A stretch of DNA of 41,622 bases, taken from the IMG/VR virus record IMGVR_UViG_3300022690_001299, positions 1 to 41,622 of that record; one strand, written 5' to 3'. This document shows positions 1-9,800 of this stretch, in pieces (positions within the stretch are counted from its first letter, which is position 1; each line of letters starts with the position of its first letter). Source of the DNA: a virus. Taxonomy: Duplodnaviria > Caudoviricetes. Made by a program: the position numbers and the translations under genes. A model generated the notes under the pieces. That model was given only the letters and a program-made list of their open reading frames with translations, was not told where the DNA came from and did no database searches.

Positions 1-144
1 GTGGTTTTAAGCTTTTTTTAACTAATGATGGGACTGGGCGAACCCCCACCTGGCCAGGAACTGTGATATGGGATAGCGGGATAGAGCCGACATTAACAAC
101 AGCAAATGAAAAAAATATTCTTGTATTTGAAACGATAGACGGCG
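1..144. repeat. Terminal direct repeat, left copy (circular overlap)
   Basis: 1-144 is identical to 41479-41622 and the reading frame of the 41211 ORF continues through it. Confidence 0.97.
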
Positions 145-188
145 GTACTATTTGGTACGGTGCATTAGCTATAGGAGCGGCTTCATAA
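1..188 (+). CDS. 3' part of the tail-fibre-like protein that starts at 41211
   Basis: Frame continues GFKLFLTNDGTGRTPTWPGTVIWDSGIEPTLTTANEKNILVFETIDGGTIWYGALAIGAAS to TAA 186-188, which overlaps the next ATG (TAATG). Confidence 0.85.
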   Translation, partial: GFKLFLTNDGTGRTPTWPGTVIWDSGIEPTLTTANEKNILVFETIDGGTIWYGALAIGAAS

Positions 189-850
189 TGCCTAGAAGAA
201 TGTTATTAGCAGGAAGAAGGTTGGAAAATCTAATTTCTTGTAATGGGGCTGGTAGTACCATATTTGTACATTCCGGTATCACATCTACTGTCACTACGAG
301 TTTTGCTAGATCTAGTGATCCAAAAGGAGTGGCATATGATGGTGCAAATTTAATGACCATTACCGGAAGTGCTGATGATAAGATTTATATTCATAGCGGT
401 GTAACCTCCACTATAACCACCAGTTTTGCTGCCCCTTCTACAACCCCTAGCGGAATAACTTTTGATGGGACAAACATAATTTCTTGCGATGGCGGGGCAG
501 ATAAAATATTTATTCATAGCGGGAAAACCTCCACTATAACCAGCAGTTTTGCTGCCCCTTCTACAAACATTAGCGGAATAACTTTTGATGGGACAAACTT
601 AATCTCTTGCGATCAAAATACTGATAAAATATTTATTCATAGCGGTGTAACCTCTACTATAACCAGCAGTTTTGCATCACCAAATGCATTACCTTCGGGG
701 TTGGCATATGATGGTAATAATCTTATCTCTTGCGATATATCTGCTCTTAAAATATTTGTTCATAGCGGTGTAACCTCTACTATACAAACCAGCTTCGCTT
801 CACCTAGTAGCGAACCTACTGGGTTAACTGTACAACGGGATCTATCATGA
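188..850 (+). CDS. Five-repeat beta-propeller-like (NHL/YncE-like) virion-associated protein
   Basis: Five 41-aa (123-bp) repeats of IFIHSGVTSTITSSFAAPSxxPSGITFDGTNLISCD. ATG 188 is coupled to the upstream stop, so it is preferred over TTG 152. Confidence 0.65.
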   Translation: MPRRMLLAGRRLENLISCNGAGSTIFVHSGITSTVTTSFARSSDPKGVAYDGANLMTITGSADDKIYIHSGVTSTITTSFAAPSTTPSGITFDGTNIISCDGGADKIFIHSGKTSTITSSFAAPSTNISGITFDGTNLISCDQNTDKIFIHSGVTSTITSSFASPNALPSGLAYDGNNLISCDISALKIFVHSGVTSTIQTSFASPSSEPTGLTVQRDLS

Positions 851-874
851 AAATATGTAAAGTTGGTATTACAA

Positions 875-1438
875 ATGCAGGAATTATCTAATAAATTATT
901 TATTGGTATTCCTAATACGGGAATATTGCGTACTGAACTCGTTGAATGGTTTTTGCAACAACGCAGCGCCGATGTTTTTATGCCGCAGGCAAAGCCTCAT
1001 GATAATTGTAGAAATATTATTGTTAAGAAGTTTCTAAACACTGATTGTCAATGGTTATTAATGATCGATAGCGATGTTGAACCCCCTAGTGATATATTAG
1101 GTATGATTAAAAATGATGTTCCTGTTTGTGCAGCGTATGTAAGAACTATAATGGGTGGAGAATTAATACCAGTTGGCATGACTAAAAACAAAAATGGATA
1201 TCATCATGATTTTAAACATTCAACACCTGGTTTGCATAGAGTAGATGCTGTGGGTACTGGTTGTATTTTAATCAAAAGAGAAGTTTTTGATCATTTAGAT
1301 AAACCGTTTTTCCGCTTTAAATACGATACTAACGGCGTTCTAATAAACGGCGAAGACTTTGATTTTTCTGAAAGAGTAGAATCAGTTTATTTTGACGCAA
1401 GATATAAATGTAAACATTATACAACTATTGGTATATAA
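875..1438 (+). CDS. Glycosyltransferase family 2 (GT-A fold)-like protein
   Basis: LFIGIP first strand, RN..VKKFL, LLMIDSDV (DxD motif), VDAVGTGCILIKREVF, GEDFDF. Confidence 0.75.
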   Translation: MQELSNKLFIGIPNTGILRTELVEWFLQQRSADVFMPQAKPHDNCRNIIVKKFLNTDCQWLLMIDSDVEPPSDILGMIKNDVPVCAAYVRTIMGGELIPVGMTKNKNGYHHDFKHSTPGLHRVDAVGTGCILIKREVFDHLDKPFFRFKYDTNGVLINGEDFDFSERVESVYFDARYKCKHYTTIGI

Positions 1439-1441
1439 TAT

Positions 1442-3493
1442 ATGGCTGAAATAACAAGAGATATATTAGTAACTCCCGGCGTTCAGCCTGTAACGGATTT
1501 TACTACAGCTTCTACTCCTCATTTCATAGCTGCTGATAAAATACGTTTTAGAGATGGTTTTCCTGAAAAAATAGGAGGATGGCTTGTTTTCACATTGGAT
1601 AATGACGATCCTATAAATGGGTGTACTCGCTCTATTTTTAGTTATGTGCTTAGTAAGAACATCCGTTATATTATAGGTACAGATTTAAATTTATATTCTT
1701 TATTCGGAACGTCTTTAGTAAATATTACACCATTAGTCACTGCTACTACTGCTATTGCCAATTCTTTAGATTCTAATTTTGGAACTTTGGCAAATGACCC
1801 TGTTGCTACAGTATCGGGCACTGCTACTCTTACTATAACTGACACAGCGACAAAGGTAAGGGTCGGCGATACGATAACTTTATCGGGTTCTACGGCAGTT
1901 AATGGGGTTCCGGCGGTAGAAATTAATATTAATCATTTAGTTCGTACACAAACTACCAACAGTTATACCGTTCAAGTTACTACCAATGCTACTTCTACAG
2001 GCTCTGGCGGTGGTGCTTCTGTTGTTCAAGCTACAAAGATTGTAACGGTAAATCAAACGGCTCATGGATTCGCTGATGGTTCAAGGATTAAACTATTAGG
2101 TGCTGTAGCATTTGCCGGTATTCCTGCCGGTGATATTAATATAGAACACATAATAAGGAATCAGTCTACTAACGCTTACGATATTGTTGTCGCTACAACA
2201 GCCACATCAAGTGTAACAGGCGGGGGCGGAGCGGGTACTACTGTTCAAGGACAGATTGTCGCTGGGCTATGTGACGCTAAGACTGGAGTAGGTTATGGTG
2301 CTGGATTATATGGTGTAGGACTTTATGGCACTGCTCTTGTAAGTTCTGCACCTCCAGCAAGGGTTAGGGAATGGATAGCTGATAGATTCGGTGATAATGT
2401 TATTATGACCCCCGGAGAGCAAACAGGTGTTTTTACCTGGGATAGTAATACTGTAACTGCACCTGTTTTATTAACAAATGCCCCTACGGCTGTAAATTAT
2501 GTGTTTGTAAGTAATGAAATTGTTGTAACATTAGGTGCTGGTGGTGTTGTTAATCGTATACAATGGTCAGATCAGGGTGTTTCTACAGTTTGGACTGCTG
2601 CTGCTACTAACCAAGCTGGACAAGATGATATTGAAGGGGCTGGGGAATTTCTTTCTCATGTACATATTAAGGGCATTAATCTTTTATTCACAGAATCCCA
2701 AGTTTATACTTTTAGATATATTAGAAAACCCTTTGTTTGGGAAACTAAATTACTTGATGATAAATCAGGAATTATAGCCAAAAACGCACGTATTCAGCAT
2801 AACGGTATTGCTTACTGGATGGGCACAGATAATTTCTATTTTTATAGGAGCGGTAATGTACAGATAATTCCTTCTAACACTACAACCGAAACTACCTTAA
2901 AGAAGTTTGTATTTGATGATTTAAATACTGTACAAAAGAGTAAAATATTTTGTTGGTTTAACCGTAAATTCAATGAAATATGGTGGCATTATCCGAGCGC
3001 AGCATCAAATGAGCCTGATAGGGTAGCTAGATATAATGTGACTGAAAGAACATGGACTACAGATACGCATGATAGGTCTGCAGGTGAATATCCTACTCAA
3101 TTAGAAGATTTTCCTTTTCTTGCAGAGATAACAGGAGGAACTACATCTGCTCTTTTTCAACATGAGCAAGGTAATAATGACGATACAAGCTCCCTGGCTT
3201 GGTCATTATCGACACATTTCTTTGATTCGGGACGTGATACTGCAAATGTACTAGGACTCATACCTGATAGCCTTCAAACATCAAATATTACATGTACGGT
3301 TAATGTTAAGAAATACCCGCAAAGTGCTAATTTATTTGGCAGTGAAACTCTTACAATAACGCCTACAACAGAGATACAGTCTTTTAGGCAGAATAGTAGG
3401 TTTATTCAATATGTACTCTCTGGAAATGCTTTAAATCAATCGTGGCGCGCGGGCAAATGGTCTGAGGTACTTTCAGCAGGAGGTAAAAGATGA
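1442..3493 (+). CDS. Tail hub / packaged-DNA stabilization protein (P22 gp10-like)
   Basis: N-terminal DKIRFRDGFPEKIGGW; IQWSDQ...W, AYWMG..NFY, NEIWWHYP; T/A/G-rich insertion; lies before the ejection genes. Confidence 0.7.
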   Translation: MAEITRDILVTPGVQPVTDFTTASTPHFIAADKIRFRDGFPEKIGGWLVFTLDNDDPINGCTRSIFSYVLSKNIRYIIGTDLNLYSLFGTSLVNITPLVTATTAIANSLDSNFGTLANDPVATVSGTATLTITDTATKVRVGDTITLSGSTAVNGVPAVEININHLVRTQTTNSYTVQVTTNATSTGSGGGASVVQATKIVTVNQTAHGFADGSRIKLLGAVAFAGIPAGDINIEHIIRNQSTNAYDIVVATTATSSVTGGGGAGTTVQGQIVAGLCDAKTGVGYGAGLYGVGLYGTALVSSAPPARVREWIADRFGDNVIMTPGEQTGVFTWDSNTVTAPVLLTNAPTAVNYVFVSNEIVVTLGAGGVVNRIQWSDQGVSTVWTAAATNQAGQDDIEGAGEFLSHVHIKGINLLFTESQVYTFRYIRKPFVWETKLLDDKSGIIAKNARIQHNGIAYWMGTDNFYFYRSGNVQIIPSNTTTETTLKKFVFDDLNTVQKSKIFCWFNRKFNEIWWHYPSAASNEPDRVARYNVTERTWTTDTHDRSAGEYPTQLEDFPFLAEITGGTTSALFQHEQGNNDDTSSLAWSLSTHFFDSGRDTANVLGLIPDSLQTSNITCTVNVKKYPQSANLFGSETLTITPTTEIQSFRQNSRFIQYVLSGNALNQSWRAGKWSEVLSAGGKR

Positions 3494-3783
3494 CCAGTAG
3501 CTTGTATCCCTTTACAGATTCGGAAGAAGATATTCTTGATACTCTTAAAGAAATGGCACGATTAAGAGACTCAGAGGATATTTCGGACTTTGAAAATTTA
3601 CCTCAAAGGTTTGTTTCAGGACGTGGATTATTTACTACCCGTGTGGCTCCTTCGTCTAATTCGGATGTGTTAGCCGGGGATACTGAAGGTGATATAGTGA
3701 ACGATGCTACATTTGAATATAAGTTACTTGATATCAGTGGGACTTTAAAATGGGATCGAAGAACTTTGGATGTGTCATGGTAA
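3490..3783 (+). CDS. Small virion morphogenesis protein, function unknown
   Basis: ATGA-coupled 97-aa ORF inside the tail operon. Confidence 0.6.
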   Translation: MTSSLYPFTDSEEDILDTLKEMARLRDSEDISDFENLPQRFVSGRGLFTTRVAPSSNSDVLAGDTEGDIVNDATFEYKLLDISGTLKWDRRTLDVSW

Positions 3784-4178
3784 AAGCCCGACCATTTGAT
3801 TTCTCAACAGATTATGATATACTAACGCTATGGTGGAACGCTCATGATTCATTCCCGCCGGATCCTGAGTATCTAAGTTCTACTGGCATTGTGGTGGAGG
3901 TCCAGGGTAAGCCTGTTTGTGCAGGTTTTTTATACGATACAGATTCAAAGATGTGTGTTTTTGAGTTTGTTGTAAGTAATCCCACGGCTAAAAAAAGAGA
4001 CCGTCACAATGCTTTAAATCATCTCATTAAAATGATCCAAGGTATAGCAAAAGAACGTAAGTATAGGATGATATACACGTCAATTAGCATTGAGGCGTAT
4101 GTCAGGAAATTAAAAAATGCTGGGTTTTTTGAAGCTGATAAAAATCAGACCCACATGTTCTATAGTATAGGAAGTTAA
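3777..4178 (+). CDS. GNAT/acetyltransferase-fold virion assembly protein
   Basis: GIVVEVQGKPVCAGFLY...EFVVSNP...YVRKLKNAGF; sits immediately before the ejection genes as in many podoviruses; ATG 3777 overlaps the upstream stop. Confidence 0.55.
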   Translation: MVKARPFDFSTDYDILTLWWNAHDSFPPDPEYLSSTGIVVEVQGKPVCAGFLYDTDSKMCVFEFVVSNPTAKKRDRHNALNHLIKMIQGIAKERKYRMIYTSISIEAYVRKLKNAGFFEADKNQTHMFYSIGS

Positions 4179-4179
4179 A

Positions 4180-4971
4180 ATGAGTAAGTTATTCGGTAAA
4201 TTATTTGGTGGCGGAAAGAGAAAACCTCTAACGCGGGCAACATCATTTGAAACTCTTCCGGGGTTTGCCCAGGACGTTAGTAGGGAGGCTGCTGAGGCTC
4301 AACAGCAGGCTATACTTCAAGCACGAGGTTTAGCGACACAACCCGGATTATTCGGAGCCGTTGGCTTTACTCCTGAACAGGAGCAAGCAGCACAGTTTTT
4401 TGGACAGGAGGTTGCGCCAACAACTGCTGCACAATTTCAACAAGGCTTAAGCACATTTGGTGACCCATTTGAAGAACAAGTGGTACAAGGTGCTATAAGA
4501 GATATCACAGAGGCCGGAAGAGGTCAATTCGGTGATATAGGTACATTGGCTAGCGAAGCTGGTGGTTTTGGGGGTACTAGACAAGCTCTATTAGAGAGTG
4601 AATTACAAAGGAATTTACAGCGCAATATTGGTAATATATCCGGGCAATTACGCTCTCAAGGCTTCCAGAGTGCCGCGCAAAGAACATTAGATGATTTAGG
4701 TCGGGCACAAGATGTAGGCACTCAAAGAGCCGGATCATTATTTAATATTGGCGGGGCTAGGAGAGGATTACAGCAACAAACTCAACAGGCTCCTATAGCT
4801 GCTGCGAGTTTCTTGCAAGGATTTGGAGGTCTCCCTCAAATCGGGGGAGGCGACATTAGCTTTAGACCTGCACAGGAAGGCCTTATAGATAGGTTTACTG
4901 GTCCAGCACGTAGAATTGTATCCAGCCTCGGTGGAGGCGAAGGGGTAGCAGCAGCGTTAGGAGGTTTTTAA
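4180..4971 (+). CDS. DNA ejection (internal virion) protein 1
   Basis: G/A/Q-rich, no Cys; DPFEEQVV, AGGFGGTRQALLESE, QLRSQGF..A pattern. Confidence 0.65.
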   Translation: MSKLFGKLFGGGKRKPLTRATSFETLPGFAQDVSREAAEAQQQAILQARGLATQPGLFGAVGFTPEQEQAAQFFGQEVAPTTAAQFQQGLSTFGDPFEEQVVQGAIRDITEAGRGQFGDIGTLASEAGGFGGTRQALLESELQRNLQRNIGNISGQLRSQGFQSAAQRTLDDLGRAQDVGTQRAGSLFNIGGARRGLQQQTQQAPIAAASFLQGFGGLPQIGGGDISFRPAQEGLIDRFTGPARRIVSSLGGGEGVAAALGGF

Positions 4972-6315
4972 ATGACTTTTGAGAGATTAAAAGACTTGGG
5001 AATCCGAGGAGCGACCGGATTAGGAAAAGCGGCATTATTTTTAGGCACTGGCGGAATAAGTGGAATAGCAGCCAATGTACGAAGGCAACAAGAGCAGCTC
5101 GAACAGCAGCGCGAACAACAACTTGGTATTAACCGTATATTGTCAGGTCAAACCATTCCGGCCTTTGCAAGACCTGGGGGTGCTGAACCACGGCCTGCAG
5201 CAGAGATAAGGGATGTACAACTAGGACAATTAGCGCAATTGCCACCTTCTGCAAGCCTGAATAAACTTATACAAGAATTATCTCCATTGGGAAAAGAGCC
5301 GGAAAAGCGGCGTATACTTAAAGATGTATCGGGATTTCAGAGATTTGCAGAAACCGGTGAGAGGGTATTCCCTGGGGCCCAAGCTGAGGAAACGGAAGGG
5401 CCCTTTAGGGGAACAGGCTTTCAAGCGCAATTAGTAAATCAAAGGACAAAAGATTTAATTACCGCCGGATTGCCTCCTGATAGAGCGCGTCAAAAAGCCA
5501 TTAATGATGTATTAGCTACACAAAGTGATATCTTAACTACAGATCGAGGAACTTTTGCAGTACCACGTAGAGGTTTTGCTCCTATTCAGGAACAAATTCC
5601 TACGGGTGATAGATTGCCTCTCCAACAACCTGCACCAATCCCTGCGCCCGGAGTACTGCCCGGAGTACTGCCCGGAGTACCGGCAGGGGCTAGACTTTTG
5701 GCTCCTCCTAAAGGAATATCAAAAAAAGCTCAAAGCCAGTTTAGAACTAGTAGAGATCAATTGCGTGGGGGAATAACGGCAGTGGGTAAACTTATTGCTG
5801 AAATAGAGGAATCCCCAACGAAGGCGGGTCTTGTGGGGGGAGGAAGGGAAATTCTAGAAACAACATTAGGAGTAGGAGGGGATATACTTTCCTTATTGCC
5901 TGGTTTTGGCCTAGTGAAACAGGCAGTTAAAGCCCTAACTCCTGTTCCTGAAGAAACTATTAAAGCGTTAAAACCCCTTCAAAACAAATTAATTACGGCC
6001 ATAGCCCGGGCGCGTTTAGGGGCTACGGGTCGTCTTACTGATGTGTTATTAAAAGCAGCCCGGGAAGATACCACTATAAAAGGTAAGACGAGTTCTGCAG
6101 CGGTTTTAGGGGCCTTACGGCAAATAGAAAAAGAATTAAACGACAGTTTACTCAGTTTAGGCGGCCGTGCGGAGGAGGCGGGTTTTGAATTACCTGCTCC
6201 TAGGGGAAAAGCAGCACAACGCACTACTTTTACCTCTATACAAGAAGCAGAGGCAGCTAATTTACCTGTAGGAACAGAAATCATAATTAATGGACGTAGG
6301 GCAATAGTTGAATAA
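4972..6315 (+). CDS. DNA ejection (internal virion) protein 2
   Basis: Helical composition, no Cys, coupled to neighbours; C-terminal AEAANLPVGTEIIINGRRAIVE. Confidence 0.55.
   Translation: MTFERLKDLGIRGATGLGKAALFLGTGGISGIAANVRRQQEQLEQQREQQLGINRILSGQTIPAFARPGGAEPRPAAEIRDVQLGQLAQLPPSASLNKLIQELSPLGKEPEKRRILKDVSGFQRFAETGERVFPGAQAEETEGPFRGTGFQAQLVNQRTKDLITAGLPPDRARQKAINDVLATQSDILTTDRGTFAVPRRGFAPIQEQIPTGDRLPLQQPAPIPAPGVLPGVLPGVPAGARLLAPPKGISKKAQSQFRTSRDQLRGGITAVGKLIAEIEESPTKAGLVGGGREILETTLGVGGDILSLLPGFGLVKQAVKALTPVPEETIKALKPLQNKLITAIARARLGATGRLTDVLLKAAREDTTIKGKTSSAAVLGALRQIEKELNDSLLSLGGRAEEAGFELPAPRGKAAQRTTFTSIQEAEAANLPVGTEIIINGRRAIVE
5647..5680 (+). repeat. 12-bp tandem repeat (CCCGGAGTACTG x ~3) encoding PGVL repeats
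   Basis: Read directly from the sequence. Confidence 0.85.
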
Positions 6316-8339
6316 TGGTTATAAGATTTTTAGATGAACAGCCAAAAACAAGAATAAGGTTTCTGGACGAGGAACCGCGGGAGGCTCCTGTGGCCAGAGC
6401 AGAGCCTTTACCTATTCCTCAATTACCAGCGCAACCGCGAACAATGACAGAGCGTATAGCAGATGCAATAATAAAACAAAGACCTCAAAAAGAACCCTCT
6501 CTTGCTTCTTTATTTGGTGCTCCTCCTCAGACAGCAGAAGAACAGGAGCAACGTAAACGCTCTTTTGAAAGAGCAGCACAGCTTCCGCAAGAAATAGCGC
6601 AGGCTGCATTAACTCCAGAAGTTTTTCAGGCAGCAGGCGGTACAATAGGGGGAATTGTGGGAGCACCAGCGGGTCCCGCCGGGATAGCAGCCGGAGGGGC
6701 ACTTGGAACCGCAGGAGGAGAGGCTCTTTTTAATGTAGTTGAATCAATAAGGAATCTTTTTGAAGAACAAAAAGAAGAAGGACCTACTAATTTGGAGAGT
6801 ATAAAAGAAGCCTTTAAAGGACCTATAAAAGCCGGTACAGAAGATATTTTATTTAATCTTGGGCTTAGTGCTGTCGGTAGGGTTGCAAGAGGCTTAGCCC
6901 CTTTAACCGGTAAGGCGTTGGGGGTGGCTAAGAAAGAGGCTATTGAGTTAGCCCGATTAGCAGATAGATTAGGCATACCTTTAGGAGCGATTAATGTTAC
7001 AGCTAATCGAGCAGTAAAAGGATTTGCAAAAGTAGCGGGTGTATTTCCCTTTGTAGGAACTCCTATCCGTAAGGCACAACAAACGGCACAAACATTATTA
7101 GAGGACTCGTTGAATAAGACATTAGATGCTGTAGCTCCTACTGTTTCTTTACAAGAAGTTGGTGTTGACCTAACAAAAGCCGGACAAAATAAATTTAAAG
7201 CATTCAGAAGATTATCTGGAGCATTATATGATAATTTCTTAAATAAAGCAAAAAACGCTACAGTACCAACCATATTCCCTACAACAAATTTAACCCAAAA
7301 AGCAAAGAGTATTTTAAAGGAACAAGACGAAGGAACCATTAAATTAATAGGTGGTGGAAAATTCGGTAGTATAAAATCTGATATATTAAGTAGTTTTCTT
7401 AATGATTCCACAAAACTCCCTCAACGGCTTACAGCACAACAGGTAAGAGGTTTACAGCGCGATTTACAAACAGTAATGACTAAAGCAAGTGCGGATGGAT
7501 GGGATATCTCAAGGGGAGTGGATTTGAAAAAAGCTTTAGAGTTGGATTTTAATAATCCTCAAGTTAGTGAACTTGGTATTGAAGAAGGTAAGGCAATAGT
7601 AGATTCTTTAACTACTGCAAATAAATTCTTTGCAAAAAATATTAAAATGTTTCAAACAGCTACGGCCAAGAAATTCGGTAGAATTGATAAAAATATATTT
7701 AAACCTGAATTCTTTGAAGCCGGAACCAGAGAAGCAGATGAAGCATTTAATGCTGTGTTTAATTCTCAAAGTCCCCAAGCATTACAGAATTTACGTAAAG
7801 TGGTGGGGCCTAAGCCTTTTAGACAAGCTGTTAGAAAGCATTTCGATTCCGCAATAGAGAAGTCCATAATTGAACCGGCTTCTGAAGGAGCACCAAGCAT
7901 ATTTGATCCAATAAAACTAGAAGCCCAATTAGGATTAGCCACGCTAGAAGGGAGACAGGCTTTAGAGGAAATGCTTAAAAATAGCCCGTTAAAACTGAAA
8001 GACCTTGAAGATCTTAATAGAGTTTCAAAAGCTATTGGTAGTGTAGAAATACCTGATGTATCTACATTTCTTACAAGAAGGGCGGGTATTGCCGGTGCGA
8101 AAGGAGTCACCGGTGCTTTTGCAGCTACGCAAGGAGTTATTAGTCCTGGAGGGGTCGCGCTCATGGTTGCAGCAAGAAGTAGTGCGAGAGTCTTATCTGA
8201 TCCGGCGAAACTTAAGTCTTTAACTGTCGCATTAGATTCTACTATAGACGATAAACTAAGGAGAAGTGCTATTTTACGTTTAATTAGATTACTTCCATCA
8301 AAAGAAGAGCATGAAGCCCTTCAGGATGAATTTAAGTAG
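6315..8339 (+). CDS. Large DNA ejection (internal virion) protein 3
   Basis: 674 aa; duplicated IRFLDE N-terminus; Gly/Ala hydrophobic segment GGTIGGIVGAPAGPAGIAAGGALG. Confidence 0.6.
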   Translation: MVIRFLDEQPKTRIRFLDEEPREAPVARAEPLPIPQLPAQPRTMTERIADAIIKQRPQKEPSLASLFGAPPQTAEEQEQRKRSFERAAQLPQEIAQAALTPEVFQAAGGTIGGIVGAPAGPAGIAAGGALGTAGGEALFNVVESIRNLFEEQKEEGPTNLESIKEAFKGPIKAGTEDILFNLGLSAVGRVARGLAPLTGKALGVAKKEAIELARLADRLGIPLGAINVTANRAVKGFAKVAGVFPFVGTPIRKAQQTAQTLLEDSLNKTLDAVAPTVSLQEVGVDLTKAGQNKFKAFRRLSGALYDNFLNKAKNATVPTIFPTTNLTQKAKSILKEQDEGTIKLIGGGKFGSIKSDILSSFLNDSTKLPQRLTAQQVRGLQRDLQTVMTKASADGWDISRGVDLKKALELDFNNPQVSELGIEEGKAIVDSLTTANKFFAKNIKMFQTATAKKFGRIDKNIFKPEFFEAGTREADEAFNAVFNSQSPQALQNLRKVVGPKPFRQAVRKHFDSAIEKSIIEPASEGAPSIFDPIKLEAQLGLATLEGRQALEEMLKNSPLKLKDLEDLNRVSKAIGSVEIPDVSTFLTRRAGIAGAKGVTGAFAATQGVISPGGVALMVAARSSARVLSDPAKLKSLTVALDSTIDDKLRRSAILRLIRLLPSKEEHEALQDEFK

Positions 8340-8340
8340 A

Positions 8341-8538
8341 TTATTTTTCGGTTGGTACGGGTTTCATATTAAGCAAAAAATAAATTATAAGCATAAGTAA
8401 AATATTAGTTATGAATGGTGAGCCAACGATTTCAAGAATAGTTGTGACTAATGAGTTAACGATTTCAAGTACAGCCAGGAATGCTAAGATAACATTTTCA
8501 AATATAGTTAGGAACGATAAACCAGAGCTTTCTGCCAT
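8341..8538 (-). CDS. Small hydrophobic membrane protein, moron-like (possible superinfection exclusion)
   Basis: 65 aa, mostly hydrophobic, opposite strand to the late operon; AGAAGG RBS-like sequence and an AT-rich upstream region containing TTGACT. Confidence 0.55.
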   Translation of the reverse strand: MAESSGLSFLTIFENVILAFLAVLEIVNSLVTTILEIVGSPFITNILLMLIIYFLLNMKPVPTEK

Positions 8539-8628
8539 AAAAAACCTTCTATTAAGTTAAAATATAAATGAATATACGTTTAATACATTAATAACATTAT
8601 CTATTCAACTAAGTCAAGGAGAAAAACA

Positions 8629-8979
8629 ATGAGTAGACTTTTAGATACAACTGTTTCTGCTGATGGAAATACTGATATAGCATGGCATATAAATCGCGTT
8701 GATAGTCCACCGAGGGCTACTCTCTACGTATTTGGTGGTGGGGGTAATAATTTCGGAAGCGGTACTGTAACGCTTCAAGCATCTCCTGATGATGGGACTA
8801 CTTTTATCGATGTTCCTGATGTAGCGGGTACTGCTGTTGCCTTTACAGCTAATGGTATGACCAATTTTGAGCTTTATAGTAGCAGAAACATTAAAACTGG
8901 CGAAGTTACTCAGCTTAGATTAGCTTTAGCAGGTTCTACCGCTCCTACTATTAGATATATTATTGATAATGGAAGTTAG
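8629..8979 (+). CDS. Small beta-sandwich virion accessory protein
   Basis: AGGAG RBS; FGSGTVTLQASPDDGTTFIDV motif, beta-rich. Confidence 0.55.
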   Translation: MSRLLDTTVSADGNTDIAWHINRVDSPPRATLYVFGGGGNNFGSGTVTLQASPDDGTTFIDVPDVAGTAVAFTANGMTNFELYSSRNIKTGEVTQLRLALAGSTAPTIRYIIDNGS

Positions 8980-8981
8980 AA

Positions 8982-9782
8982 ATGGTTGCATTTAATCCTG
9001 CTTCATCTATTCCTGCAAATCCTACATATCCTCTCGGGGGCCAGCCAGCTTTCGATGGGGGTGGGGGATTGCCTAATTCTGTTTCTGAGTTACTTTTGTG
9101 GCTAGATGCAAATGATTCTCCTACTCTTACAGAGGTATCGGGGGCGGTATCAGTATGGGAGGATAAACCGGGGCTAGGAGTGGCGGACAATGCCACCCAA
9201 GGCACAAGTGGAAAGCGACCTGTACTTACTGCTAATGAGATAGGTGGCCTACCCGCTGTGGTATTTGACGGTACTGATGATTTTATGACAGGCACTACTT
9301 TCGGGGCTTTAACCGGTTATACTATATTTGTTGTAACCAAACATACAGCGGCAACCACTGGTGTGGTATTTAGTGTTCAAGAGACTTCACCTCAAGGTAG
9401 ATTACAAGTAATAACTAATGCTGATGGTTCGTTGCAGCTTACAAATATATCAACAGTTGGTAATAATATCAGCAGAACTTCTCCTGCCGGTACAGCAGTT
9501 GTTAATACTCCTTTTCTTTTAAGAGGGACTTGGGACGGGGGCACGAGTGATACGGATCTAGAAATATTTAAAAACGGCACACAAGTAGATAATGCTTCCG
9601 CTGGGGAGGGCACTTATACTGGTTGGACTTCTAGCACAAAACCTTATGAAGTGGGTTCACAGGAAGTCGGCATGTTTCCTTTACCGGGGGTGATAGGCGA
9701 ATTATTAATGTATAGCAGAAAATTAACATCTGATGAAATTTCGTTAGTAGAAAGACAGTTAACGAACAAATGGAGTCTTTAA
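8982..9782 (+). CDS. LamG/concanavalin A-like lectin domain virion protein
   Basis: LLLWLDAND..VSVWEDK..NATQ..RPVL..GLPAVVFDG..GELLMYSRKLTSDEI. Confidence 0.75.
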   Translation: MVAFNPASSIPANPTYPLGGQPAFDGGGGLPNSVSELLLWLDANDSPTLTEVSGAVSVWEDKPGLGVADNATQGTSGKRPVLTANEIGGLPAVVFDGTDDFMTGTTFGALTGYTIFVVTKHTAATTGVVFSVQETSPQGRLQVITNADGSLQLTNISTVGNNISRTSPAGTAVVNTPFLLRGTWDGGTSDTDLEIFKNGTQVDNASAGEGTYTGWTSSTKPYEVGSQEVGMFPLPGVIGELLMYSRKLTSDEISLVERQLTNKWSL

Positions 9783-9800
9783 TAAGAATTAATTCTTGAT

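Noticed and set aside
5979-8164. Long antisense ORFs inside the ejection genes
   Set aside because: No motifs or RBS; expected from the codon bias of the sense genes.
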